Positions 10,051 to 19,473 of a stretch of DNA of 64,000 nucleotides are shown in pieces (positions within the stretch are counted from its first letter, which is position 1; the number at the start of each line of letters is the position of its first letter). The notes under the pieces are model-generated. The model was not told where the DNA came from. It ran no database searches and saw only the letters and a list, made by a program, of their open reading frames with translations. The stretch comes from an uncultured delta proteobacterium (GTDB lineage: Bacteria; Myxococcota_A; Polyangia; Fen-1088). The translations under genes and the position numbers were made by a program. The DNA lies in contig CAVWIP010000010.1 of NCBI GenBank assembly GCA_963755125.1, positions 352,001 to 416,000 on the forward strand, written 5' to 3'.

Positions 10051-11277
10051 ATGCGTATCATCGTATTCAACTGCGGAAGCTCGTCGCTCAAGTACCGGCT
10101 GATCGAGATGCCGGGTGAGAAAGAGCTGGCGGGCGGGGAAGCCGAACGGGTGGGCCCAAAGACCGCTGAGCCGGCTCGCATCCACCACCAGGTGTCCGGG
10201 AAAAAGGAAACCATCGTGGTGGAGATGCCTGACCACGCCACCGCCTTCACGCAGGTCATGCGGCTGCTCGAGCGCGATCCCGAACTGGTGCCCGACGCCA
10301 TTGGACACCGCATGGCGCACGGCGGACCGAACTTCAAGCAACACGTGATCCTGGACGACGCGGTCATGTCCGAGCTGGAGCGCATCCAGGAATTGGCGCC
10401 CATTCACAACCCGCCTGCCGTGCGCCTGGTGGCGGCGTGCCGGCGCCTGTACCCGACGCTGCCCGAGACCGTGGTCTTCGACACGGTTTTCCACGCGACC
10501 ATCCCGGAAGTGGCGCGCAGCTACGCCCTGCCGGCCGCGCTGGTGGCCAAGTACGGCTTTCGCAAGTACGGCTTTCACGGCACCAGTCACCAGTACGTGG
10601 CGCAGGAGGCGGCCAAGCTGCTGGGCGTGCCCTTTGAGAAACTGAACGCCGTGAGTTGCCATCTGGGCAGTGGCGGCGCCAGCCTGTGCGCCGTCGTAAA
10701 CGGCCGCTCGCTGGACAACACCATGGGCTACTCGCCGCTGCAGGGGTTGATGATGAGCACCCGCTCGGGCGACCTCGATCCCGCCGTGGCGCTCACCCTG
10801 CTGGTGCGCGCGGCGGGCAATGGCGCCGCGGTCGAGGGCCTGCTGAACCGCAAGAGTGGCGTGCTGGGTTTGTCGGGAATGTCGGCTGACATCCGCGACG
10901 TGGTGGCGCGTGCAGCCGATGGTGGGGCCGCGGACATCGACCAACTGGCGGTGGCGGCGCAGGTCTACCTGTGGCGCATTCGCAAGTATCTGGGCGCGTA
11001 CCTGACCCTGGTGGGCCGTGCCCACTGCGTGATCTTCACCGACACCATCGGCGAAAAGATGCCGCATGTACGCTGGGCCGTGACCGCGGGCTTGCAGTGC
11101 TTCGGCCTGGACATCGATCCCGAAAGAAACGATGCCGCGATTGTCTTGCCCGCCGATCTATCAACGCCGTCAAGTCGCGTGCGCATCTTGGCCATCGCCA
11201 CCAACGAGGAGATGGCCATTGCCCGCTTCAGCTACGACCTGCTGTCACGCGCGCGGGCGGAAAGGATCGCACAGTGA
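10051..11277 (+). CDS. ackA: Acetate/propionate kinase family protein
   Basis: FNCGSSSLKY, GHRMAHGG, FDTVFH, YGFHGTSH, CHLG, TRSGDLDP and TNEE motifs. Confidence 0.92.
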   Translation: MRIIVFNCGSSSLKYRLIEMPGEKELAGGEAERVGPKTAEPARIHHQVSGKKETIVVEMPDHATAFTQVMRLLERDPELVPDAIGHRMAHGGPNFKQHVILDDAVMSELERIQELAPIHNPPAVRLVAACRRLYPTLPETVVFDTVFHATIPEVARSYALPAALVAKYGFRKYGFHGTSHQYVAQEAAKLLGVPFEKLNAVSCHLGSGGASLCAVVNGRSLDNTMGYSPLQGLMMSTRSGDLDPAVALTLLVRAAGNGAAVEGLLNRKSGVLGLSGMSADIRDVVARAADGGAADIDQLAVAAQVYLWRIRKYLGAYLTLVGRAHCVIFTDTIGEKMPHVRWAVTAGLQCFGLDIDPERNDAAIVLPADLSTPSSRVRILAIATNEEMAIARFSYDLLSRARAERIAQ

Positions 11278-12323
11278 ACACCCTGGTTCTGATTCCCGGT
11301 CGCAAGAGCCTGCGCTACGCTGGGTTCGTCGCCGGCAGTGAAACCTGCACAGGCACCATCCGTGGGTTTCGCTGGCAGGGACCGCGCGCGGCCCTCGACG
11401 AGGTTCGCACCATTGTGCAAGCTGTGGGCCTTTGCGACGATGTCCCCGACGTGGTCGTGCACGGGCTGTTTGGCGGCGAGGATTTCCCCGGCCCGGCTGC
11501 GCTCGACCAGGACGCCTTGGTCCGTCTGGAACGGGTTGCGCGCCAGTCACCCCTGCACGTGGCTGGCTTGATCGAAATCGCGCGCGCCGTGCAGGAGGTC
11601 TTTGCCGGAATGCCGGCCCGACTGGCCTTCGAGACCTCGTTTTTCGTGGACCTGCCGCTGCGCGAGCGCACCTACGCGGTGTCGCCGGATCTGTCGCACA
11701 AGCTGGCGCTGCGGCGCTGGGGTTACCACGGCCTGTATCACGAGGCCGCCTCACGGGAAGCCAGCCGCAGTTGGCGCAAGCGCGACTGCGCGCCTTCGCC
11801 GCGGATTCTTTCCATCTGTCTTGATGCCCAGCCCGAAATCGCCGCTGTGATGGGCCGCCGGCCCATCACAGTCACCAGCGGCGCCACGCCGCTGGAAGGC
11901 CTGCCGGGTGAAACCAACAGCGGCGAGATCGACCCTGCGGTCGCGTTGGCTCTCGCGGGCGAGGCTGGTCTTGGGCCTGAAGGCGCCAATGCGCTGCTGG
12001 TGGGTGAAAGTGGACTCTCCGGCTTGGTGGGCCGCCGCGTGCGCTTGGATGACGTGCTCACCAGCGCGCGCAGCGAATGCGTGCGTGCGCGCGAGGTGCT
12101 GCTCTATCGCATGCTGCTGGCCTCGGGCACGGCCGCGGCCGCTCTGGGAGGGGTGGATGCGGTCGTGTTTTCCGGTCGCTACTTTTCGTGCTCGGCCGTG
12201 GTGGCGCAGCACGTGTTGCCACATCTCGATCGCGCCGGTGCCCTCGGCCCCCACGCCGGTGAATGGACGATCTTCGCCAAGCCACTGGAAACGGTCCTGG
12301 CTGACACGGCAACCCTGCACTGA
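11274..12323 (+). CDS. Degenerate acetate-kinase paralog (probable pseudokinase)
   Basis: GTGA overlap with ackA; keeps SPLH, RRWGYHG, TPLEGL and SGEIDP but lacks the catalytic motifs. Confidence 0.82.
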   Translation: MNTLVLIPGRKSLRYAGFVAGSETCTGTIRGFRWQGPRAALDEVRTIVQAVGLCDDVPDVVVHGLFGGEDFPGPAALDQDALVRLERVARQSPLHVAGLIEIARAVQEVFAGMPARLAFETSFFVDLPLRERTYAVSPDLSHKLALRRWGYHGLYHEAASREASRSWRKRDCAPSPRILSICLDAQPEIAAVMGRRPITVTSGATPLEGLPGETNSGEIDPAVALALAGEAGLGPEGANALLVGESGLSGLVGRRVRLDDVLTSARSECVRAREVLLYRMLLASGTAAAALGGVDAVVFSGRYFSCSAVVAQHVLPHLDRAGALGPHAGEWTIFAKPLETVLADTATLH

Positions 12324-12616
12324 ACGCGGCCGGGCTGACTGCAATGCACTTTGGCGTATCGGACGCCGCTTGTGCGACGTCGAAACAAAGCGCCCATGGG
12401 AAAGTCGTGAGCGACCACGACTTCTTCAATATGTTCAATGCCCTGCTCGCCATCCGCCCTGGTGGCGCGTCGCCTACCGACAACAGTTGGTGATCGGGGA
12501 GCCAGCGGGGGGCTGGGCGAGGAGGTCGCTTTGAGCGCAGCGACTGGTCTATTGACCAACCGGCCCTGTCTCCTCATAGTGGGATTCTCGCTCAACGACT
12601 TACCAAGGAGGGATCG

Positions 12617-12784
12617 ATGCTAACCCGGGTCGGACTTGCCGCGGCCACGTACCTATTGTTTGCCCAGACCGCATTTGCCCAGGCGCCGGCATCGCCGCCG
12701 CCGCCCAGCGTGGCGCCCGCGGTCGCGCCCTCGGTCGCTATGGCGTACGTCAACGTTTTCGGCCGGTTCATCTATAGCTTCTAG
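12617..12784 (+). pseudogene. 55-aa ORF: signal peptide + Pro-rich linker + beta-barrel C-terminal signal (internally deleted OMP remnant or mini-protein)
   Basis: AAGGAGG RBS; MLTRVGLAAATYLLFAQTAFA-QAPASPPPPSVAPAVAPSVAMAYVNVFGRFIYSF*. Confidence 0.6.
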
Positions 12785-12788
12785 CGCT

Positions 12789-13685
12789 TCAGTGGGTCAG
12801 CTCCCATCGCAGGGCCGACTCCAGATCGGAATGGGCGAAGTGGAAACCAGCGGCGAGTAGTTTGTGGGGCAAGACTTTCTGCCCCGCGAGCAGCAACTCG
12901 TCGGCCAGCTCCCCCAACAGCAACTTGACCGCGAAAGCCGGTAGCGGGACCAGCGTGGGGCGGCCGAGCACCTTGCCCAGGGTGTGTGCGAACTCGGCGT
13001 TGCATACCGGCTGGGGCGCGGTGAGGTTCACTGGCCCGGAAAGCTTCGCCGCACCGATCGCGTATTGGATGGCAGCCGTAGCGTCGGCCAGAGAAATCCA
13101 GCTAATCCATTGTTGTCCTGTCCCCACCACACCGCCCGCGCCCACCTTGAAGGGCGGGAGCACCCGCGCCAGCATCCCGCCCTTACGGGAAAGCACCAGG
13201 CCGCTACGCAACTGAACCGCGCGGATGCCGGCGCCACGCGCGGCCGCGGCCGCTTCCTCCCACTGGCGGCAGACGTCCGCCAGGAAACCCTCGCCTGGGC
13301 CCGAGGTTTCGTCCAACACTTCGTCCCCGCGGGATCCGTAGAACCCGACAGCGGAAGCCGAGAGGAAAACCTTCGGCCTGGTTGGGAGCTGCGACACCGC
13401 CTCGGCGAGCATCTTGGTTCCCCGCACCCGGCTGTCGCGGATGGCTTTCTTGGTTGCTTCGGTCCAACGAGAGTCGATGGGTTTCCCTGCCAGGTGCACG
13501 ACGGCGTCCAGACCGTCCAGGCGCGAGGCATCCAGCACCCCGGCTTCGGGATTCCATGCGATTTCGCCTGCCGACTCGTCGGGCCTGCGCCGCACCAGGG
13601 TCTGCACGGTATCACCCGCGGAACGCAGGCGTTCCGCCAAGGCCCGGCCGATCAGGCCCGAAGCCCCCGAAATCAGGATGCGCAT
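12789..13685 (-). CDS. TIGR01777-family NAD-dependent epimerase/oxidoreductase (YfcH-like)
   Basis: ISGASGLIG, SASAVGFYG, GFLADVCRQWE and GQQWISWI motifs. Confidence 0.93.
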   Translation of the reverse strand: MRILISGASGLIGRALAERLRSAGDTVQTLVRRRPDESAGEIAWNPEAGVLDASRLDGLDAVVHLAGKPIDSRWTEATKKAIRDSRVRGTKMLAEAVSQLPTRPKVFLSASAVGFYGSRGDEVLDETSGPGEGFLADVCRQWEEAAAAARGAGIRAVQLRSGLVLSRKGGMLARVLPPFKVGAGGVVGTGQQWISWISLADATAAIQYAIGAAKLSGPVNLTAPQPVCNAEFAHTLGKVLGRPTLVPLPAFAVKLLLGELADELLLAGQKVLPHKLLAAGFHFAHSDLESALRWELTH

Positions 13686-13781
13686 GCGGGCCTCATCAGG
13701 ACCCGCACGCTACACGCGCGCGAAGACCGGCGCCAGCGGAACCGGGTGACAGCGCGGGCCGTGCCAGCGTAACGTCGCCCG

Positions 13782-15047
13782 ATGGTCTTCATCTCGACGC
13801 GAAGCGAGCGTCTGCTCACCGCCTGGTGGTCGCGAAACCGCAACCGGGTGCTGTGGGCTGCCATCGCGTTTCTCGGCCTGCTCGCGCTGGTCCGAAGCGG
13901 GATCGAGCTGTGGCGCCTGGTGGGAATGCGCCACTGGCTGGGCGCGGTGGATCTGAACCTGCGCCACCGGGACATCCAGCGCTGGTTTGCGGGCTTGCCC
14001 GTGTACACGGATCGCGTGCACTCGGGATATCTGCCGGCCACGTTCGTCCTGCTCTGGCCTCTGCTCGGCTGGCTGCCCTCGTGGCCCGCGCGCTGGCTCT
14101 GGGCGATCGTGAACCTCGTGGTTCTCGCTTTTTCCTTCCGCTTCGCGCTCCGCCACAGTGGCGCCGAGAACGGCCGCGAGCGCGCCCTCTTTGTTCTCAT
14201 GTTGCTGGCGCCCTACGCTTTGCCGGGCACATGGGGCAACGGGCAACCGGGCACGCTCTTGCTGCCGGCGACCGTGACGGCACTGTGGCTGCTTGAACCA
14301 GGGCGGCCGGTCAGTGGACGCAACGATCTTCTGGCCGCCGCCCTGCTGGTGTTCGCACTGGTGAAGCCGACCTTGTCCGTGCCCTTCTTCCTGATCGCGC
14401 TGCTTCGCTCGCGGCGACTGCGTCCCATCATCCTGGCCGTGCTGGGGTTCGCCGGCGCGTCTGTCCTGGCGCAGGCTTTTCGCTCGCGGCCATTCTGGGC
14501 GGACCTCGCGGACTTCACGCGCGTCAGTCAGGGCATCCTGGTCAGCGATGGCCTGGGCCATGTTCCACTGTGGATGGCGCAGATGGGACTGGGCCGCTGG
14601 CATCTGGTGGGCTCGGCCGCAGTGCTGGCCGCGCTGGGTGTCTGGATTGCGCGCAACCGGGACGCTGACCTGTGGCGGGTGCTGGGCGTGACAGGAATTG
14701 CCGCGCGCGTGTGGATGTACCACCGGCCCTACGACGATTCGCTGATCTTGCTCGCCGTCATCGCACTTTTTCGCATCGCCAAGCAAGTCCGTCGCAACAA
14801 CGGAAGCGACGTCGTGGCCGGGTTGTTGCTGGCGGTGGCGGTGTTGGTCGAGAGCGCCCCGGGGAGTTTCGTGTACCGCGAGTTTCCCTGGAACATCGCC
14901 CAGGCGCTCTGGCAACCGCTGGTGTGGGGCGCGATGACCATCTTCCTGTGCTCCCGTTCAGTGCACCCAATCGATGCCATTCCACGGCCGCAAGCCCTGC
15001 CTTCGGGTAGCTCGTCAGGCCGTACAGAGATCGCTGCCCCGACGTGA
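13782..15047 (+). CDS. Polytopic GT-C glycosyltransferase (GT87/DUF2029-like)
   Basis: Many TM helices; YLP, GQ, VKP and YHRPYD motifs. Confidence 0.72.
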   Translation: MVFISTRSERLLTAWWSRNRNRVLWAAIAFLGLLALVRSGIELWRLVGMRHWLGAVDLNLRHRDIQRWFAGLPVYTDRVHSGYLPATFVLLWPLLGWLPSWPARWLWAIVNLVVLAFSFRFALRHSGAENGRERALFVLMLLAPYALPGTWGNGQPGTLLLPATVTALWLLEPGRPVSGRNDLLAAALLVFALVKPTLSVPFFLIALLRSRRLRPIILAVLGFAGASVLAQAFRSRPFWADLADFTRVSQGILVSDGLGHVPLWMAQMGLGRWHLVGSAAVLAALGVWIARNRDADLWRVLGVTGIAARVWMYHRPYDDSLILLAVIALFRIAKQVRRNNGSDVVAGLLLAVAVLVESAPGSFVYREFPWNIAQALWQPLVWGAMTIFLCSRSVHPIDAIPRPQALPSGSSSGRTEIAAPT

Positions 15048-15103
15048 CTTGCATGAGATAGTGCTTACCCACGCCACGAGTTGCACAGACCAGGGAGGAC
15101 ACC

Positions 15104-15760
15104 ATGAAGCGAACCACACTTCTTCTAGGGACTGGCGCCATCTTGCTGGCCGCGGCCTGCAGCGAGCAGGCCGCGCCGCCCAAGGCCGCGTCCACGCCAT
15201 CCCCTGCCAAACCCGCCTTGCCCGCCCGGACCGCGGACGCGGGCCCGGCCACCGACGCACGACCCGCCGATGCGCACCTGGGCATGATGGAACGCTACGC
15301 GCTCTGGAAAGCGAAGAAGGATGCCGACGAGAAGCTGGCGGCCCAACTCGCCGCCGAGGAGCAAGCCCGCCTGCTCAAGTTCGACAAGAGCAAGATGGCC
15401 AAGCACCTGGCCTTGTTCGCCTTCGAGAAAAAGACCCGCAAGGCGCTCGACGGTGCCGCCGAGACGTTGAAGGGCAAGCCCGACGCCCTCGACCAGCTCA
15501 AGAAGTTGGCGGCCTCACAGCGCAAGCCCATCGAGGCCCAGGCCAAGATCCTGCGCGCCATGGATCCACAGGGCGGCAACTCCAACATCGCCACCGACCA
15601 CGACGTCAGCCTGAACCTTCTGGCCAACGACTATCCCGAGGCCATCGCGGCTTCCTTCCAGGGTGACGCAAAGCCGCTGGCCGACGTGCGCGCCGAGCTC
15701 GACAAGCGCGAGAAGAAGATCGCGTCCTGGCTGGCAGAGGTGAAAAGCGGCAAGAAGTAG
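15104..15760 (+). CDS. Helical lipoprotein of unknown function
   Basis: LAAAC lipobox, GGAGG RBS, strong codon bias. Confidence 0.8.
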   Translation: MKRTTLLLGTGAILLAAACSEQAAPPKAASTPSPAKPALPARTADAGPATDARPADAHLGMMERYALWKAKKDADEKLAAQLAAEEQARLLKFDKSKMAKHLALFAFEKKTRKALDGAAETLKGKPDALDQLKKLAASQRKPIEAQAKILRAMDPQGGNSNIATDHDVSLNLLANDYPEAIAASFQGDAKPLADVRAELDKREKKIASWLAEVKSGKK

Positions 15761-15900
15761 TCTTTCGCGCCGCTGCAGGACGCGTGCGCGTCAACTTCTT
15801 GCCCCTGGATGAGCGACGCCGCTTCTGCCAGATTTTGCTTTGCAGACAAGAATGCATTGCTTCGGGAAACGCTGATCGGAGCACAGGAGAGACATTGCAA

Positions 15901-16617
15901 ATGAGAACAGCACCCATGGCCGGTCTTGCATGCGTGCTCGGACTGGGCCTTGCGGGCTGCAAGGCCAGCGTGGTCAGTGAAAGCGCGATTGACGGCGGCC
16001 TCGCCAGCGACGGCTCCACACCCGAGACCGGCGCGGCAGCGGCGTACACCTACGTGTTCATCAGGGACAGAGAGTTCGAGCAGCCCAACTTCTCTTGCAG
16101 CGCCAGCGACGCCCCCGGAACTGACATCGACACTGTCGGGCTGATTCGCAACAACACCGTGGTGGGATACACGATGAAGGAATCTGCGGCCTTCACACCC
16201 GAGAACGTGGCGTGCGCTCCCACAGATTGCGCCGGCGAGAACTGCAAGTACGCCAGCTCGAGCACCACGTTCAGCCAGACGACCCTTGTCTCCTGGACCG
16301 AGGGACCCCCGGATGCGGTGGTCAACCAGTCAGGCGATGACTCAGGCTTCATGTCGCTCAACGGCGGCTCCCTGCAGTTTCAGATCGGCGACCTACTCGG
16401 CAATGGTCCAGCGCAGACAATCCGGTCCGGCGATCAGATCAAGGTTTTCGAGGTGGATCCGACGCCTGCGCACTACCAGCTCTGGGTGCAGAACGGGTCA
16501 ACATCGCTCCAGCTCAATCCTGCGCAATTCGACCCCGCCAATTCCGCCACCTGCGGTGCGACACCCGCCCCGGGCGAAACACTCGGCTGCGGCACCACCG
16601 TGTTCGCGGTGCCATAG
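15901..16617 (+). CDS. Cys-rich lipoprotein of unknown function
   Basis: LAGC lipobox; AGGAG upstream. Confidence 0.75.
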   Translation: MRTAPMAGLACVLGLGLAGCKASVVSESAIDGGLASDGSTPETGAAAAYTYVFIRDREFEQPNFSCSASDAPGTDIDTVGLIRNNTVVGYTMKESAAFTPENVACAPTDCAGENCKYASSSTTFSQTTLVSWTEGPPDAVVNQSGDDSGFMSLNGGSLQFQIGDLLGNGPAQTIRSGDQIKVFEVDPTPAHYQLWVQNGSTSLQLNPAQFDPANSATCGATPAPGETLGCGTTVFAVP

Positions 16618-16759
16618 TCGCGTGGGGAGCCCGCCGGCTCCCCCTTCGGGGACTTCGGGACAGCCCGCCACCCTGCCCACCCCGCGCGCTTCGCGCGCGC
16701 CCTCGTTGCCGGCGGCGTACCATCGCGGGAGGGTTTGGGAACCCTTTCAGGGTTTCCAT
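16617..16759 (+). repeat. Dispersed palindromic repeat, copy A (143 bp)
   Basis: Aligns with 59641-59783 (7 substitutions, two 3-bp indels). Confidence 0.95.
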
Positions 16760-16781
16760 GTCAGAAAGCAGAGCCCGGCCG

Positions 16782-19346
16782 CTACTCCACCACCAGCGCG
16801 TTGAAGGCGGCCACCAGGCGACGGCAGGCGCTGAGTGCGGCGAATTCGCTGCGCGGCTTGCCGTCCGTGGGTCGCACCACGGCCATGGTGTCTTGTGCCG
16901 CTTTCATGAAATCGTTGGCTCCCTCGGTACGGGCCATCTCGGCTCGTGCGCTCTCGGCATAGTCGATGAACATCGTGAAGATGTCGGCAAGCGCTTTGGC
17001 CCGCTCGTCCACCGACTCGCGAGCAGGTGGATCGGACTTCACGGCGCGCAGCCAGGCGTTCGCGCCCAGGGCAAATCGACGCATGTGCCAGGCAGCCTTG
17101 CGACCTTCAAGCTTCTCCTGCAAAGCCAACTCCTGCCACTGCCACTCGCTGCGCGCGGCCAGAAGCTCGGCACGCAAGGCCGCCGCTGAGCGCATGACCG
17201 CGTCCAGCTTCTGCCCGCCTTGCACAGCGGAAAGGTAGGTATCGGCGGCGCCTTCGAGCGGAGCGATGGCTGGCGCCAGATCACGCGCCTCACGCACCAG
17301 TGTCTTGCAGCGGGCCAGATCCTCGCTGGGCAGGCGGACGCGGGCCCCGGCCTTCGCGCTGCCGTCGCTGCTGTCGCCCGCAGCGGCCAGGCACTGGGCG
17401 TACTTGTCCAGTTTGGCAAGAGCGCCGTCGATTTCTTCCGATGGTCGCGCCGATTCGGGATAGCTGAGGGTAAGCTCGGCGGGCGCAGGCGGCGGGTCGA
17501 GAGGTGAAGGCGGCACCAGCAGGTGGTTCATGCGCAGCGCCAGCTTCAGCCCAGGCTTGGCCTCGAAGGACAACCGGCGGGTCAGACGTCCAGGCGCCGT
17601 CACATTGAGCAGATGGGACGTGGCCGAGTCGAGATCGATCTCGCGCTTGCTGGTGGGGATATGGTCGATCTGTACGCTGGTATCCGGGGGATCGAGCACC
17701 AGCATCACCTTGCGCATGACCCCTTTGCCGGCCACAGGCGCACTCGCGGCAGAACGGTCCTGCGCGCCGGCCTGCCAGAAATGATATCCGATCCGCGCGG
17801 CCACCAGCACGCCAAGCCCGATCCCGATCTTGATGAGCAGGCTGCGGGCACGCGCAGAAACCACGTGCTCGGGCGCCACGGTTCCCGCGGCCTGCGCGGG
17901 CGGTCTGGCGCGCGGCCGCTCGGAAATCGGAGGAGCTGGCACCTGATCGAGCGGGCGCGCCAGGGCTGGCCGCTCGTCGTCTTCGACGAAGTTGCGCGCC
18001 GAAGCCGGTCGGGCAGGCGCCAGGCTGCGGGGCTCGTCCTCTTCGGGGTGCGGCCGCGACGAGCGCCGGATCTCCGGTCGAGGCAGTGGCTCCGCGCCTC
18101 CCCGGAGTGGCTGTCTCGGTGGCGGCGAGGCTCCCCAGCGAGTGCCGCCCAACTCCAGCGGAGCTTCTTGCTCGGGCGGTGGCGCGAAGCGATCGTCGTC
18201 TGGGCCGCGGGCTGCGCGCGGCCGTCCTGGCGGAAGCGGCCGAGCCCCCTGGGGCAGGGGAATGTTCTCCAGCAGCCCGAAGCCGGGAGCCGGGGCTTCC
18301 TGCCCGTCAAGAGTCGACAGCCTGAGCGCCAAGCCGTCGCCCCGCGCCTCGGGTCCGACCGCGACGGGAGCCGGAGTCACCTCGGCGCTGCCACCGCTGA
18401 TGGCATCGCGCATGGCCGCGGCCGAAGGGAAGCGCTTCTCTATGTCGCGGTCAAGGGCGCGCACGATGGCCGCCTCGATGGGGGCTGGAATGTCGGGGCG
18501 CAAGGTTCGCGGCTGCGGGTACTTACCTTCCAAGATGGAGCCCAGGATGGCGGCGTAGCCCTCGCCACGGAAAGGCGTCCGGCCACACAGCATCTCGTAC
18601 AGCACCACGCCAGCCGCGAAGATGTCGGTACGGTGGTCAATCTGCGCCACCTGGCCGATGGCCTGCTCGGGCGACATGTACAGAGGCGTGCCCATCACCG
18701 TGCCCACCATGGTCCCCCTCATGGCCGCCGGACCCGCCTGGCCGGGCTGGCGTGCCGAGAGCTTCTTGGCGATGCCGAAGTCGACGATCTTGACGAAGTT
18801 GGGGCGATCTTCCGTGTTGATGACGAAGATATTGTCCGGCTTGAGGTCGCGGTGGACGATGCCGTGCTTGTGGGCTGCTGACAGGCCGCCCAGCACCTGA
18901 GTCATCAGGTTCACGGCCAAGGCCAACGGCATGCGTGGAGCCTGCTGCAGCAGCGCAGTGAGCGGCTTGCCGTCGAGCAGCTCCATGACCATGAACAGCA
19001 GCCCGTCGGGCGTGCGGCCCAAGTCGAAGACATCGATGATGTGCGGATGGCCGATGGCGCTGGCAGCTCGCGCCTCGCGCTCAAAACGCGTGGCCAGGTC
19101 AGCATCGTTGCTCATTTCCTGGCGCAAAGTCTTGACAGCCACTCGGCGGTCGAGCGCGATGTGCAGCCCCTCGTAGACCACGCCCATCGCGCCCCGGCCA
19201 ATCTCGCGAATGATCTTGTACTTGCCCTCGAGACTCTGGCCGATGGTCAGGCCGGCGGAAGGGACGGTCCCACCGATCTCCTTGCCGGTGACGGGGCAAC
19301 GGCTAGCGTCGGATGGGTGGCTCTCACCACAATGCGTACAGACCAC
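16782..19346 (-). CDS. Eukaryote-like Ser/Thr protein kinase, membrane-anchored
   Basis: GRGAMGVVY, VAVK, HRDLKPDN, DFG and GTPLYMSPEQ; Pro-rich linker, TM helix, C-terminal domain. Confidence 0.95.
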   Translation of the reverse strand: MVCTHCGESHPSDASRCPVTGKEIGGTVPSAGLTIGQSLEGKYKIIREIGRGAMGVVYEGLHIALDRRVAVKTLRQEMSNDADLATRFEREARAASAIGHPHIIDVFDLGRTPDGLLFMVMELLDGKPLTALLQQAPRMPLALAVNLMTQVLGGLSAAHKHGIVHRDLKPDNIFVINTEDRPNFVKIVDFGIAKKLSARQPGQAGPAAMRGTMVGTVMGTPLYMSPEQAIGQVAQIDHRTDIFAAGVVLYEMLCGRTPFRGEGYAAILGSILEGKYPQPRTLRPDIPAPIEAAIVRALDRDIEKRFPSAAAMRDAISGGSAEVTPAPVAVGPEARGDGLALRLSTLDGQEAPAPGFGLLENIPLPQGARPLPPGRPRAARGPDDDRFAPPPEQEAPLELGGTRWGASPPPRQPLRGGAEPLPRPEIRRSSRPHPEEDEPRSLAPARPASARNFVEDDERPALARPLDQVPAPPISERPRARPPAQAAGTVAPEHVVSARARSLLIKIGIGLGVLVAARIGYHFWQAGAQDRSAASAPVAGKGVMRKVMLVLDPPDTSVQIDHIPTSKREIDLDSATSHLLNVTAPGRLTRRLSFEAKPGLKLALRMNHLLVPPSPLDPPPAPAELTLSYPESARPSEEIDGALAKLDKYAQCLAAAGDSSDGSAKAGARVRLPSEDLARCKTLVREARDLAPAIAPLEGAADTYLSAVQGGQKLDAVMRSAAALRAELLAARSEWQWQELALQEKLEGRKAAWHMRRFALGANAWLRAVKSDPPARESVDERAKALADIFTMFIDYAESARAEMARTEGANDFMKAAQDTMAVVRPTDGKPRSEFAALSACRRLVAAFNALVVE

Positions 19347-19396
19347 GCGACGAGGATATCAGTAGCGTTGCGGCCTGTCAGCAGCGCTCATGCCCC

Positions 19397-19473
19397 GTCG
19401 CGTCTGGAGCCCGCCGTCTAAGCCGGCGGCGTACCATCGCGGGAGGGTTTGGGAACCCTTTCAGGGTTCCCAT
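19397..19473 (+). repeat. Dispersed palindromic repeat, copy B (77-bp core lacking the internal module)
   Basis: GTCGCGTCTGGAGCCCGCCGTCTAAGCCGGCGGCGTACCATCGCGGGAGGGTTTGGGAACCCTTTCAGGGTTCCCAT. Confidence 0.93.

Noticed and set aside
6468..12784. TA pair + regulon as an integrated mobile island
   Set aside because: No integrase, att repeats or clear compositional shift seen
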